DNA of 63,916 nt, the filler included, from Intoshia linei (taxonomy: Eukaryota > Animalia > Orthonectida), in NCBI GenBank assembly GCA_001642005.1. It is 5 parts of 5 records of this genome, joined end to end, with 100 filler letters (N's around TTAATTAATTAA, not from the genome) between each part and the next. Parts side by side here need not be neighbours in the genome. Positions count along the whole stretch, not along the records: positions 39,156 to 61,394 come from LWCA01000600.1; 4 more parts are not named here. One strand, 5' to 3'. Shown in pieces: positions 39,990 to 51,997 of the stretch (the first letter of the stretch is position 1; each line of letters begins with the position of its first letter). A program made the position numbers and the translations under genes. The notes under the pieces are model-generated. The model searched no databases. It worked only from the letters and a program-made list of their open reading frames with translations, and was not told the origin of the DNA.

Positions 39990-40365
39990 TTTATTTTTAC
40001 TTTAATTTATGCTATTTATGACAATTTTTAGGATTGGATAGTTTTTACTTTATTTTTAATATTATACACACATTCTGTCTAATAAATTAAACCAATGGGA
40101 TAAAAATTGTTTTTAAAATTTTTTACGCAAATGTTAACAAACAAAAAATTAAGATGGAATAAAATTCACTTTAGAGTAAAAACTCATGTGATATGACGGT
40201 TCCACCTGAAACAAATTTGGGAACCACTCCTTTAAAGGATTGATAATAGTGAATAGTAAGATTTTTAAGTTAGATTTTCAACGTGAATTTTTGTTTGGTA
40301 GAATAAAAATGTGCCCTCGACTAAACTAGGTGCTGTTTGTACATAATACATAACAGTTAACCTAG
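39990..40365 (+). mobile_element. Helitron 3' portion
   Basis: Hairpin followed by aacCTAG|t; shared internal blocks. Confidence 0.7.
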
Positions 40366-40399
40366 TATATTATATACACAGTTGTATTTTCCTTTTTAT

Positions 40400-40747
40400 A
40401 TAAGTGATATATGTATGTTTTATTATTCGAACATATTTCATTTTTTAAAAAAAATGTAATTTGTGGGTTTGACGATGAAGGTGTGAGTTTCTGAGGCTGG
40501 AATTTACGACAATATTAATGACTTCAAAACGCGTTCCAGAATCTATGTTTTAAAATTTTGGGCTAATTTTATCTTTAAAAAAAAGGCTAAATTGGGTTTT
40601 AGACCTTAAAGACTCAAATTCGGAAATTGAAACATAGATATCCATGCCATGCAAAAAAATTATTAGACATTGGATTTTTATAACTTCTACGACTGTTAAT
40701 TTTTTAAATATACGCTAACAGACATTCAACTTTATATAAGTAAAGGA
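40400..40747 (-). mobile_element. Helitron 5' portion, opposite orientation
   Basis: a|TCctttacttatataaagttgaatgtctg on the minus strand. Confidence 0.55.
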
Positions 40748-40756
40748 TTATTTTAC

Positions 40757-43700
40757 TTTGATCAATTTAATATTCAGAACTTTCTTTTTTTTTAAATCAA
40801 TTTTTACAAGCTCTTTTCCGTTGGAACCCAATATAGCTTTATGTTCTTCATCAATAGATAAAGCCCAAGCTTCATCACTAGCTGCCTAAATTTTAAAAAT
40901 ATACAATACATCCGCCATTCACAAAATATTTTAATCATTAAATTAATTACTTTTAATTATCAAAAATCTTTTAATATTTCGGTAAAGTGTTAGCTGGAAA
41001 AAAGAAAATATAAAATCTACTCAAATTCTCAAAATTGAATATCAATTAAATTAAATTAATTTTTATAACACCTCAAAATATATTTATAAGGCTAATTAAA
41101 CCATGTGCTTCTTTTTAATTATATTTTATTCTCAAATTAATAGCTAAGAACTAAATAAAAATAAATACATTATTTATTAATACATAATATTTAATAATAA
41201 TATAGTATATTATACATTACATTGTATTTGTAATGTACATATTGTAACGTTTTAACAAACGTATAATAATGTATTATTTATAATATTGAAATACAAGAAA
41301 ATTGTAATTGTAATAAATCTAATTCAAATAATGAATTATTAACAATAGTAATTTTAACATGTCTTTATGGTAAAATTACTTAAACCGTAAAATGACGACA
41401 ATGAATTAATCTACTTTTAGATGAAATGGTACTTTAATGTCAATTAAAAATAATAAATCTTTACTTTACTAACAATGTGTTGATTTTCTTTTGATTCAAA
41501 ACAAATTAGAGCATTTATCGTTGTACCAACCAAATAATAATCATCCATCGGTAAAATAGTACGAATCGAACCATACGTTTCATTTAACTAATCGTTCGTA
41601 AATATTATTAATTTAAATTTTAAATGATAATTAATAAATTGTAATACGTCTCCTAAATGTTCAAATTGTAAATTGTCGATATCCTGTAATAAAATTTTTG
41701 TAACCATCCGCTCCTTACCACCAACGTATGCGCAATCATCCTTCAATGCAATCGAAAGTAATGGACTGCTACTGACCTGTACGTGGGTTTTTAAGGACAA
41801 TCCCACTATATAAATATAAACACTAATAACTAGGATAAATGTATACATTTATCATTGTTAAGAGTGTGGTGAAAAATTAACAAAGATCCTCTTGAATCAG
41901 TACATAACAGGGTTCCATTTTGAGTATATATTAGGGAAGTAAAGCAATCAATTTTTTCAGAGCCTTTGGTGTAATCAGCCTGAATGATAAAATTATTTAA
42001 TTGTACAAATATTACCTCAGCCAAAGCTTTATGTTTAACGTAATTGAAATTTTCGTAACATATATTAATATATTCTAGTTGACGTTTTCCACAAATTGCT
42101 ACATATGGTCCCATTGGTGAACATGCTATACACATAGGACTTTTACCAGAAGACTATTAATAAACATATACATTGAAATAAACGGAAAATTACTTGCATG
42201 CTGCAAACTCTTGTAACGTTCGTTTTTATTGTATTGAAAACGTGGTAATATGATTTTGAGCTTTTTTCAATGCAGGCTATATGTTGGCCGTTATCCTAAC
42301 ATTTAAAATGATTAATTAATAATAATTACGTCTCAAAATGATTACATGTCTACTAAAATCAAGAGCTACGATGGGTCCTTTGAAATCATCGCTGTTTATC
42401 ACAACTAGTGTTTCTAGTTTAATGGAATCCCAAATTCGTATATGTGTCTGAATATATTAAAATATCATAATTTAAATTCATTACTCTATCACATTTGCGT
42501 TTTCCGTGACCAGAAACCTGAGCTGTGGCAATCGTTTTCTTATCAGGGTGCACGGAAATGCTAAATATTTAACTTGTATATAAGTGAATGAACGTCTGCA
42601 TCTAAAAAAATTGATCCTAGAATTAAAAAACACGAATTTTAGAAAAATTGTTTTTAAGAATTTTCTAAACTTTAATGGAATCTCTAATTGATTTTTTTAT
42701 TAAATATAAATGGAAGCAAATTAAGATTTGATATCTAATTCAAGTTTTACTATTAAACCACATTAATTTTACAAATTTAGACATGTGAGTCACACGTCAC
42801 ACGGTATGACATGTTTATTTTTTGTCAAAATTTAAAATTATGATTTAAAAAAAAATATTTATAATACAGTCTAATTCCTATTTAACGGAATGTGAATTTT
42901 TCTAAATTACAAAAATTCTGTTAAAGTTTAATTTAAAATGACTAGCATCATAATTATACTAAAGCTTTTTCTGTTTAAATTAAAAGCTTTAGATACGTAA
43001 AACATTTTATTTTTTTCTTGATTAATGATAATAATAATGGTTGATAAATAATTATATGAAATGAAATGACTTGCAAATATAGGTTAAGGGAATGAAAATC
43101 ACAATATTTTCATTGTTTTAATGCCCAGTGATTCTCAGTTCAAATAGTGTACAAATTATAATTTCAAAATATTTATTTTTATTAAACATGAGTTATATTA
43201 CATTGATGAAAAAATTAAAGGCTTTTCATCATAGGTTTTAGTAAAATCGTATTTTTCAAAAAAATATTGGAAAAACAGGATTTTTTTATTGAGGGTTGGT
43301 AAAATTTGATTTTTTATTTTGGGTTTTGGATTAAGAAGTTGTTGATCATATCATTTAATATTATCGGATTTTTTAAAATAATATTGAAAAAAGAGGATAT
43401 TTCGCTTTAGCGTTGGTAATATTAGAGTTTTATTTTGTAGTTGGAATATTAGGTTTTTCTCATGAGATTTGGTAAAATTATGTTTTTCAAAAAAATATAT
43501 GATAAAGGGTATTTTTCCCTTAAGGGTTGGTAAAATTGAATTTTTTATTTTGTGGTTTGATTAAGATTTTTTCATAAGGTTCAGTAAAATCGGATTTTTC
43601 AAAAAAATATCAGTAAAAGTCAATTGTTCGCTGAGGGCTTGAATGGTATTTTTTATTGAATTTTCTTAATGGTGAGATACAAGTGGGGTTTTGAAATAAT

Positions 43701-44841
43701 AATGTAGCGGTCATCTAGACCAGTGGTTCTCAAGGGGTCCATGTGGACCCCTTAGTGGCTTACAAGAGAAATTACACATCTAGGGGTCAAAAATTTTATA
43801 AAACAATACAAATATTGATTTATAAGGTAGCGTACGACTAAGATTTTTTTATAATAGGGGTCCACGAATAATATAAAATAGCTAAAAGGTCCATATACTG
43901 AAAAAAAGTTGATAACCACTGATCTAAACTTTGGGATACTCTACATCTAGAAACTTTGTAATAAATATTAAAAATTCTCCTATAAAAATAAACAAAAGTT
44001 GATCAAAATTTTTCAATAATTTATTTGAATTTCACGGATCCTGGCATATAATTTTCGACCCCAATTGGGAGCCACTGTTTTAATGTGTAAATTATTTATA
44101 AAAAATTCTGTTAACGAGAATGGTTTTCTAAAAAAAATTCTCGTTAACGAGGAATTAGCCTGTACCTATATATTAATTTTATTTTTTTATATATAGCTAG
44201 AAATTGATAAAAAATGTTACGCGGATATATCATCCGTGTGCTCCACGTAAAATCTTTGATTGTACAATTTGTGGTCATATATCACTGCTACACCAGCCAT
44301 ATAATATATTACTTCATTAGTAACAAGTTTATGTAAATTAAATCTTCCATTTGTTTTCCCTTGATATCCATATCTAAAGATCAAGACACAATATACAGTT
44401 AAAATACAATATAAAATTTGTTAACAATTTCTTTTCAAGCACAGTCAACCATATTCAATATAAAGTCAGCTAGTTAAGAACACTTAAGTTCTCTGGCCGA
44501 AACATTATCATGATAATAGATTGACTGTATTATAATTTATAAATTACACCCAATCCATTTTTAATTCACTTTTAGGCATACTGGCCTGTTTATACGCATT
44601 TTCATAAGACTCCCCATCTCGCCCACTAGCATATACAGTAACGGGTCTTCCACAAATATAAAAACTGAGCCTACCATTTGAACTATCATATTTTGGTGCA
44701 GTCCTATATTATTAATAAATTTAGAGCAAAAAATTACTTAAATTACAAATTAGTCATTAAAAGTTTATTAAACAAACTATAATAAAGTGTTTTGTAATTA
44801 AGAGATGCTAAATGACAAAAAAATCGATTTTACAGATTCAT
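40757..44841 (-). CDS. EML: Echinoderm microtubule-associated protein-like (HELP + WD40), 3' part not visible
   Basis: FYICGRPVTVY...PKSELKMDWVYGYQGK...NLHKLVTNEVIYYMAGVAVIY...QRFYVEHTDDI..ISVHPDKKTIATAQVSG...HIRIWDSIKLETL...ALDFS, followed by further WD exons. Start codon tentative. Confidence 0.85.
43200..43695. repeat. Modular tandem array of gggttggtaaaatt and ttttcaaaaaaatat units; inverted related copy near 13865-14110
   Basis: Recurrent alternating subunits; similar modules occur at 48925-49709. Confidence 0.6.
43721..43921. mobile_element. hAT MITE
   Basis: TIRs cagtggttctcaa / ttgataaccactg; TSD atctagac / atctaaac. Confidence 0.8.
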
Positions 44842-45082
44842 ATGAAATTTGACATTGTCCTACTGATTATAATTATTTCAAAGTTGAATTTATAATTTAC
44901 AATTATATATAAAATTTAGAAATCTTTTGAAAAAATATAACCCTGTTTTAATAATAGCTTATATTTAAGGGGTTATTTAATCTTTAAATAATAAAAGAAA
45001 TTACATTGCTTGAAAAAATGTGAATAGTATTGAGTAAATAAGATGAAAATGTAAAGTTTATTTGAGGAAAATAAATTAAATT

Positions 45083-48000
45083 TTATTTAACGTTTGATGA
45101 GTATTTTATACATTTATTAAGAGCTTTGTAAAATGGAGCGGATGGGGTGTGAGCATCAAGAATATTGTTTTGTATAAGACGAAACCTTGAACGTTCATCA
45201 GATAAAATATTTTGTTTATCTTGAACTTGAGAATTTAAAATTTTATTGGGATAGCATTTAGATATGAAGGGACTTATGCGAGAAACGTCTTTATTGGCAT
45301 CTTTTTTCGGAAGAACCATTAAATAGTCCGTTGATCCGTACCATTTTGTAAACTCATTCAACAATCTATTTCGAGTATCAGTTACCATATTACTACAGTA
45401 TTCTACTTGCTCCTTCAAGGAATTATAAGATTGACGTTTGGAACGATATTCATTTTGTAATTCTTGTTTCAGTTTAATTTTCCGGTAGTGTTCTTCAGAA
45501 ACATAATTTCTAGCAGAATCCAAGTTTCTATATGTATAATTATCAATACTAAGACATGTTTCAGGTTCCGTGATAAACGATTCTACTCTTTCCAATGTCT
45601 TGTCAATTGCATTAATTTGTTCAGATAGTGCATTTATTTTCAATCCCACTTTTCGGAGTTGTTGTTTTTTTTCATTGTAAATTTGCTTATTTGATTTTAA
45701 AATCTTATACAACTCACTACCTTCCACCGTTATAAATTCATTATACGCTTCTTGACGAGTTGGTGCAATTTCATTTTTTTGCAGTTTTAGATGAACATCG
45801 TCTACTTTTTTATCGGAATCGTTTTGAAAATCTATTGCCATTTCACTTTTAAATGAATTTTTATTTGAAGGTTCCTTTAAGGCTGTAATATTTGAATTGT
45901 TTTTAGAACTATCACTTTTCAAAACGTCTTTTACATCTTTACCTTCTTTTGATTCCTTATCTTCGCTTTTATCGGTATTTTCAATTGAAGTTAGAGTCAG
46001 TTCAGAATTTTTATTTTCTTCATTGTTCATACGTTTACTGCATTTATTTATTACATTTGTACATATATCTTTGAATATACGATACGTTTCTTCCAATTCT
46101 AATATACTCGTTATAGGAAATAATTCTGATACATTGTATTTCCCATCAGTGTCCAATAAAAACCTTTTTGCCTTATTTCGCATATCAATTTGTCTTTGTT
46201 CGCTCAAGAAAGAGTAATTAATTTGTTTTCTATTGAAAAGAATATTGTGCATTGAGAGTTCTCTTTTCAGCGAATTTAATTCATGATGTAGGATATCAAT
46301 TTGTTCATTGAGGTTGGATTTAATGCTCTTTACTGGTTTTAGGTTTATCTTTTTTAATTGTGCCAAAATTCTTAGGGTACAGAGACATTTTGAAACTGAA
46401 TTGTACTTCCTTTGAGAACTCGAATCATCTATAAATAAAGTGGCTATAAACATGATTTGAGAATATTTTGTAACACACGTTGATAAAAAATTGGTCAATT
46501 TTGATTGTCTGTAGGGCATATAATAATCGTTTCTGTAAATAGCCAAAAAAATTTGCTGTAAAAAAGTCAATGTTTGCCTAGCATGTCTGTTTTCTGCGTT
46601 TATTTCATAAACATTCAAGTTTGTAGAATCAAAGTGATTTTCCAGTACATCTTGGCTGCTAGATAGCTCAACAAAGGTCAGAACCGAATCTGTAAAAGTC
46701 GCATTAGATTGAATAATATTCATTCTAATTATCCGCATTTGTACTACAACGTGGGAAATGTTCGTTACGTGATACCGCCTTTGTTTATTGTTGTTTATAT
46801 TTGGTATGCCACAGCGCCTGCTTCGGTTGTAAGTTTTTCTTTGTTTAGGGAATAAATTCATCCAGAAATACAACGCTTCTTCTTCACTTTCCACCTTTTC
46901 TTCAATCTTGGAACGGCACACTAATTAATCAAGTTTTAGAAATTTTAAATTTTTAAAGTTATTCAAATATAAATTATAAATAAAATAAAAGCTATAACCT
47001 GAAAAACACATAATAAAGAACAGTATATAAGCTCGAAACTGGTGGCTTAAGTTTTTTAAATATAAAATATTGGTATAAACCGAAAAATTTTTAATTAATT
47101 AGTAATTAATTTTTGTGTATTAGTACTGATCCGTGTTTCCCAAACCCCTTTCAATTTTTAATCATTGCGTTAGAACCAATATTATAGTTCGTCCAGTAAA
47201 TAAATGTACAGTACAAATTTTCACTAAAAATGAATTAATAATTTAATTCACGGTGGGATGTTTTATTCGATGATTTATATTTTTTAAAGGGTCTAATTTC
47301 CCAACAAAAAAAAATCGCCGAATCCCAAGTCCCATCCTCGGTTGATAAACAATGATCCACTACAGTTCCGTAGTTTTAAATATCTATATCTATGAATTTA
47401 ATTCATAGATTTTAAAATTTTAAAATTTTTCAAATCAAATAAAACTGTACAATTGCACCGCGACAGATATGACTCACAACATTGGATAGGATAGATCAGA
47501 GGTGGGAAAGCATTTGCTGTTCGAAGGCCGCACTAATGTCCCCAAAAAATTAATAAGGCCGAACCTTTCTAAATAAAATTTAATTAAATACAACGGTGAC
47601 TGGCACCCAAGGGGTAAATAATTTTATTAGACGGTGAATACGAAAATTTTAGATGATTAGGAGTAAATAATAAGTTTTTAGCATATTTTATTCAATTTAA
47701 TAAAATCTTATGAGAAAAAACCAAAATTTTACCAAACTTTTAGATAGTATAAATATAAATGTAAATAAAATAATTTTAAATGAAAAACAATTTAAAGTGT
47801 TCAGAAGGCCGCACTTTCCCCACCTCTGGGGTAGATGAGTGTATTAAATATATTTAAAGTCCAAATTACTTTTTGTACTATTTACCAAATCGTATATTTC
47901 ATTTTGATACAATTCGATTGCTGACATGTAAACTTGCACCGAATAAAATTTTGATTCACTTTTAATTTTTTCAAAAATGTCTTTAATAGCTCTGGGTATT

Positions 48001-48474
48001 ATTCCACGATTTTCAAAATTGTCATATTTAGATTTCATGCCATTCATAGTATAAGTTTTACCGGAACATTGTTGCCCAAAACAAAATACAGTAGCATTAC
48101 ATCCATTATAAGCGCCGTTGACGTGATTTTTCACTCCAGTATCGTAAAAGTCCTATATTATAATTATAATAATTGGTACCAAAGTCTACCTCTTGCGATT
48201 CGGTTTCAAAAACATCATCAACATGTATTTCATACTGTTCAATCCGATTGTTCAAGTGTGCTTTTTTAAAATTTATAGTGTTTGAATCTCCACATTTAGC
48301 ATACTGTTTAAAATCACACTGACTTTTAATATTCTTAGGCGAACTAATCTGAATGGTGCAAGTTTTTTTATCTTTATTCAGTAATTGATTATTTAAAAGG
48401 TTATTTGGTTTTATTCTTGCAATTATTCGAATTGATTCTTGATAATTTTTATTAGTCATATTTATCTTTAACAT
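45083..48474 (-). CDS. KIF9: Kinesin-9 family protein (KIF9-like) with degenerate motor motifs
   Basis: IRIIARIKP, GCNATVFCFGQQCSGKTYTM, NRGIIPRAI, IELYQNEIYDL and PYRQSKLT; KIF9-type tail EAYNEFITVEGSELYKILKSNKQI and VEYCSNMVTDTRNRLLNEFTKWY. Confidence 0.85.
47497..47828. mobile_element. hAT MITE (CAGAGGTGGG family) in a KIF9 intron
   Basis: TIRs cagaggtggg / cccacctctg; TSD ggatagat / gggtagat. Confidence 0.85.
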
Positions 48475-48924
48475 GAAACAGTTCTAAATTACAACTCAAT
48501 TTACGAAATATGCAATTCTATTGTTAATTCTACCAGGCTAATATAATTAAAAATTATTGATTATTATCTGTACTGTTTTGCGGATTTAACTCAATTAAAT
48601 CAACGACGAAAACACAATTCAAACTGTTCAAACGCAAACTTAATATAATACATTATTTCAATAAATGGTTACAATATAATAATATACCGCTAAATTCGAT
48701 TTACCTTTAGTTGTATATTTTGTTCATTCAAATTTCACAATGTTAGTTTATGTGATTTTATTTACGCAGATTGACAAATTTTATTGAAGAGCAATATAAT
48801 TCCAGAAATAGGGTCATTCTTTATATTTCTTTAATTTAATAGATACACATTCTCAATTTTTATTTCATTAACAATAAACGCATAACCATTAATTATTCAT
48901 ATATTTATAGGTTATTTATGCAAT

Positions 48925-49709
48925 AAAATCTAAAATACTAAAATCCAACCATTTTTACTTAAATCTAACCATTTTTACTAAAAATCCAGATTTACAAACC
49001 CCTAAGGTAAAATCTCAATTTTACCAACCCTTATAGGAAAACCCACTTTTACCAACCTTTTATGTGAAAAAGAAAATTCAAACAGCGTGATTGAAGAGCT
49101 GAATTTTCTGTAACAGACATGCAAAAAGAAAGGTAAACAGTGTATAATTAAAACAATTACGACTGACAAAGGCAAGGCATGTCAAAAAACTATGGAAACC
49201 CTTGGTAGTTCCACCATATGGGTTAACTGTTTGTTTCATGTGAAAACTTTGATTGAATCTGATGCTTCCGGGATAACTAGTTTATCATTAATCTTTCTAT
49301 TTGAGAACTTTATTTTGTTTTGTTTGTGATATTGAGTTTTTATAAGATACTTCGCAATTCTGTATTACTGAATTTTTTCCTTAAAGGTATGTCAAACTAA
49401 AATTTTCCTTTTAGGGTTGGTAAAACTAGAATTTTTCCTTTTATGGTTGGTTAAATTGGAATTTTCCCTAAAGGGTTTTTAAAAACAAATTTTTCTTTTT
49501 AGGGTTAGTAAAACTGAACTTTTCCCTTAAAGATTTTTAAAAGCCAATTTTTCCTTCAGGGTTGGTAAAACTAAATTTTTCATTTAAAGGTTAGTAAAAT
49601 TGCATTTTTCCTTTAAAGGTTGTTAAATTTTGATTTTTTGTATAAATGGTTGGATTTAAGTAAAAATGGTTGGATTTTAGTATAAACGTTTGGATTTAAG
49701 TAGACACCC
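48925..49709. mobile_element. MULE/Foldback-like element with modular inverted arms and a transposase remnant
   Basis: tactaaaatccaaccatttttacttaaatc is inverted at 49650-49682; tandem units of about 30 bp at 49370-49630; internal IKTITTDKGKACQK...WVNCLFHV at 49144-49254. Confidence 0.55.
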
Positions 49710-50072
49710 AATAAAACAGTAGTGAATCTATCATACCGACACTGCTGTTCGGGTCTCTATGATATTTTGGTAACGTTGGGCCCTTATTATACCAAATTGT
49801 GTATTCAAAATGTATATATTCTTGAATATTATATGATTGATAACTATTTTGTGTATTAAATTTCAAATGTCAAGTCAAGGCTTTGGATAAATAACGAAGG
49901 TTATATAACACTAAGCATCGTCGAAAAAAATTTCAGGTCCATTTTTCATTTTCGTGACCTCGAGCTTAGTAAGTTCGGCTCTGGATTCAATTTTCTTGAT
50001 TTTTAGTCGAAATAATTATGAAAATTTTTATGAAATAAAATAAATAGTTAGTTATAAATTGAATATATAAAA

Positions 50073-51186
50073 CCAGCTTGGCAGTTTTGTACTACGTATA
50101 AACAGCACCTAACTCTGCCGAGGGCACTTTTTTATTATACCAAAAAATAACTTCACGTTAAAAATCTAACTTAAAAATTCTACTATTAACTATTATCAAT
50201 CCTTTGTTTTGTTTTGTTAACATTTGCGTAAAGAATTTAAAAACAATTGTTAATAACAATGTTATTCCATTTTTTTAATTTATTAGACAGAATGTGTGCA
50301 GAATATTAAAAATAAAGTAAAAACAGTCCAGTCCTAAAAATTGTCATAAATAGCATAAATTCCAGAAAAAATAAAATCATAAAAACATATTTTGTCATTT
50401 TCAATGTGATGACATATATTCAGTATCAACTTAATAAATACTTAAAAATACAAATTGTGTATAAATAATTAATTGAATCTTCACTTTATAAATATTTCAA
50501 TCGAATTTTACCATTATTGTAAAGGATTGTAATATAAAAATGATTGATGTTAAAAATTTGTCCATACTTTTGGCCTTTTTTCTTGTGAATGTTACTTTTC
50601 TTTTTAGCATTTTATGTTAAATTTGTAACAATTATATCCACTGGAATAAACTCTATCAGAATAATCTTTTTTTTAATTTTCGGACCGTTAATTATTTCAC
50701 ATTTTTTGTTTTAATAAAATATTTCGAAAAAAAAATATGAATACTAAAATGCTGTTTTGACCGTGAAGTCGTCACTTATTCAGATTGAAATTTTTTGTGT
50801 GTGTTAACAGGATACAACTGTACCACCTGTAAATTTTTTTAAATTCCAGGGCTGTTTTAATTAAAAAAAAGGGTAATTTGTGGTTTTGGCCCTGAAGATA
50901 TAATTTTTTTAAATTTAAATTTATAATAATGTTTATGATTTTAAAATCCGTATCAGCGTATATATTTTTTTAAATTTTCCAACTCGTTTGATTTTCAAAA
51001 AAAAGTACAATTAGGGTTTTTGAGCCGTAAGATGTCAAATTGGGAGGTTGAAATATATCTTAATTTACGTCCTGAAAAAAACTGTAATTGAAATGTGGTC
51101 TTTAAAAAATTCTAAGACGGGTAGTTATTTAAATAAAGCTGAACACACACACACAAAAATCGCGTCGCATTTTATATAAATTAGGA
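50073..51186 (-). mobile_element. Complete non-autonomous Helitron (about 1.1 kb)
   Basis: 5' A|TCctaatttatataaaa; 3' hairpin followed by CTGG|T; inserted between A and T with no TSD. Confidence 0.85.
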
Positions 51187-51215
51187 TAATATGAAGTGGC
51201 CAGAAAAAATAAGTA

Positions 51216-51760
51216 CAGTGATATTTCGTTGTCGTCATGTTTCGTTTCTGGAAATATCGTTGTTGGAAACTTACGCTTTGCCATGTATTATTCATTAAAC
51301 ATTAGTTCATATTGATCAAAATGTAGAATGAAATTTTAGTATTTTGGCTATAAAACGTTCAATTCTGCATTAATTTCAAAATAATCAGTAAATTGATATT
51401 AGAAAAATAATATTCATTTTTTAATATTAACAAATTAGTATAAAAGGTTTAACTGGATATAAATGAAATCTGCGCGCGCCAGTTTAAAAATTTTCAGATT
51501 ATATAAGAAATAAAAAAATGTATAAATTTAATAGAGATTCTTTAATAAAAGAAAAATATTTTAAATAATTAAATTAAATTTTAATACTTTTTACATTACA
51601 TTTTAAAAATACATTACAATTTAACATGAAACAACATGTAAATAAAATATTATGTTCAATTTGAATTGTATAGAATAAATAGTTAAAATTATTCAATAAA
51701 GGTATCTCGATCTTGGCACTTTATCTCGTTTTCGTCATGTTTTAACACGAGATATCACTG
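51216..51760. mobile_element. Tc1/pogo-type MITE
   Basis: TA|cagtgatatttcgt ... acgagatatcactg|TA. Confidence 0.7.
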
Positions 51761-51997
51761 TACTATCAATTTTAGTTTATTTGTTGTTAAATATAAAGCC
51801 AAAACTACTTATCTATGATGACGAACAAAAATTTTCGGATTAAAGTATATTCCAAATAAACTAAAAGTGATAGTACGTATTTTTCTGGAAACTTTAAATA
51901 ATACTATGAAAACATTTACTTTGTTGCTTTATCGCGGGAATTTATAAATTAGTTACAATTTAATATATAACCACCTTTATATTACTAATAAAAATCA

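Noticed and set aside
20397-48474. Apparent cluster of microtubule/cilia genes (MDM1, EML, KIF9)
   Set aside because: Separated by assembly gaps and unrelated genes; three genes do not support a functional cluster.
49370-49630. Roughly 30-bp repeats that could be mistaken for a CRISPR array or telomeric TTAGGG
   Set aside because: Degenerate tandem units without unique spacers, in a eukaryotic context with no cas genes; part of a TE arm.
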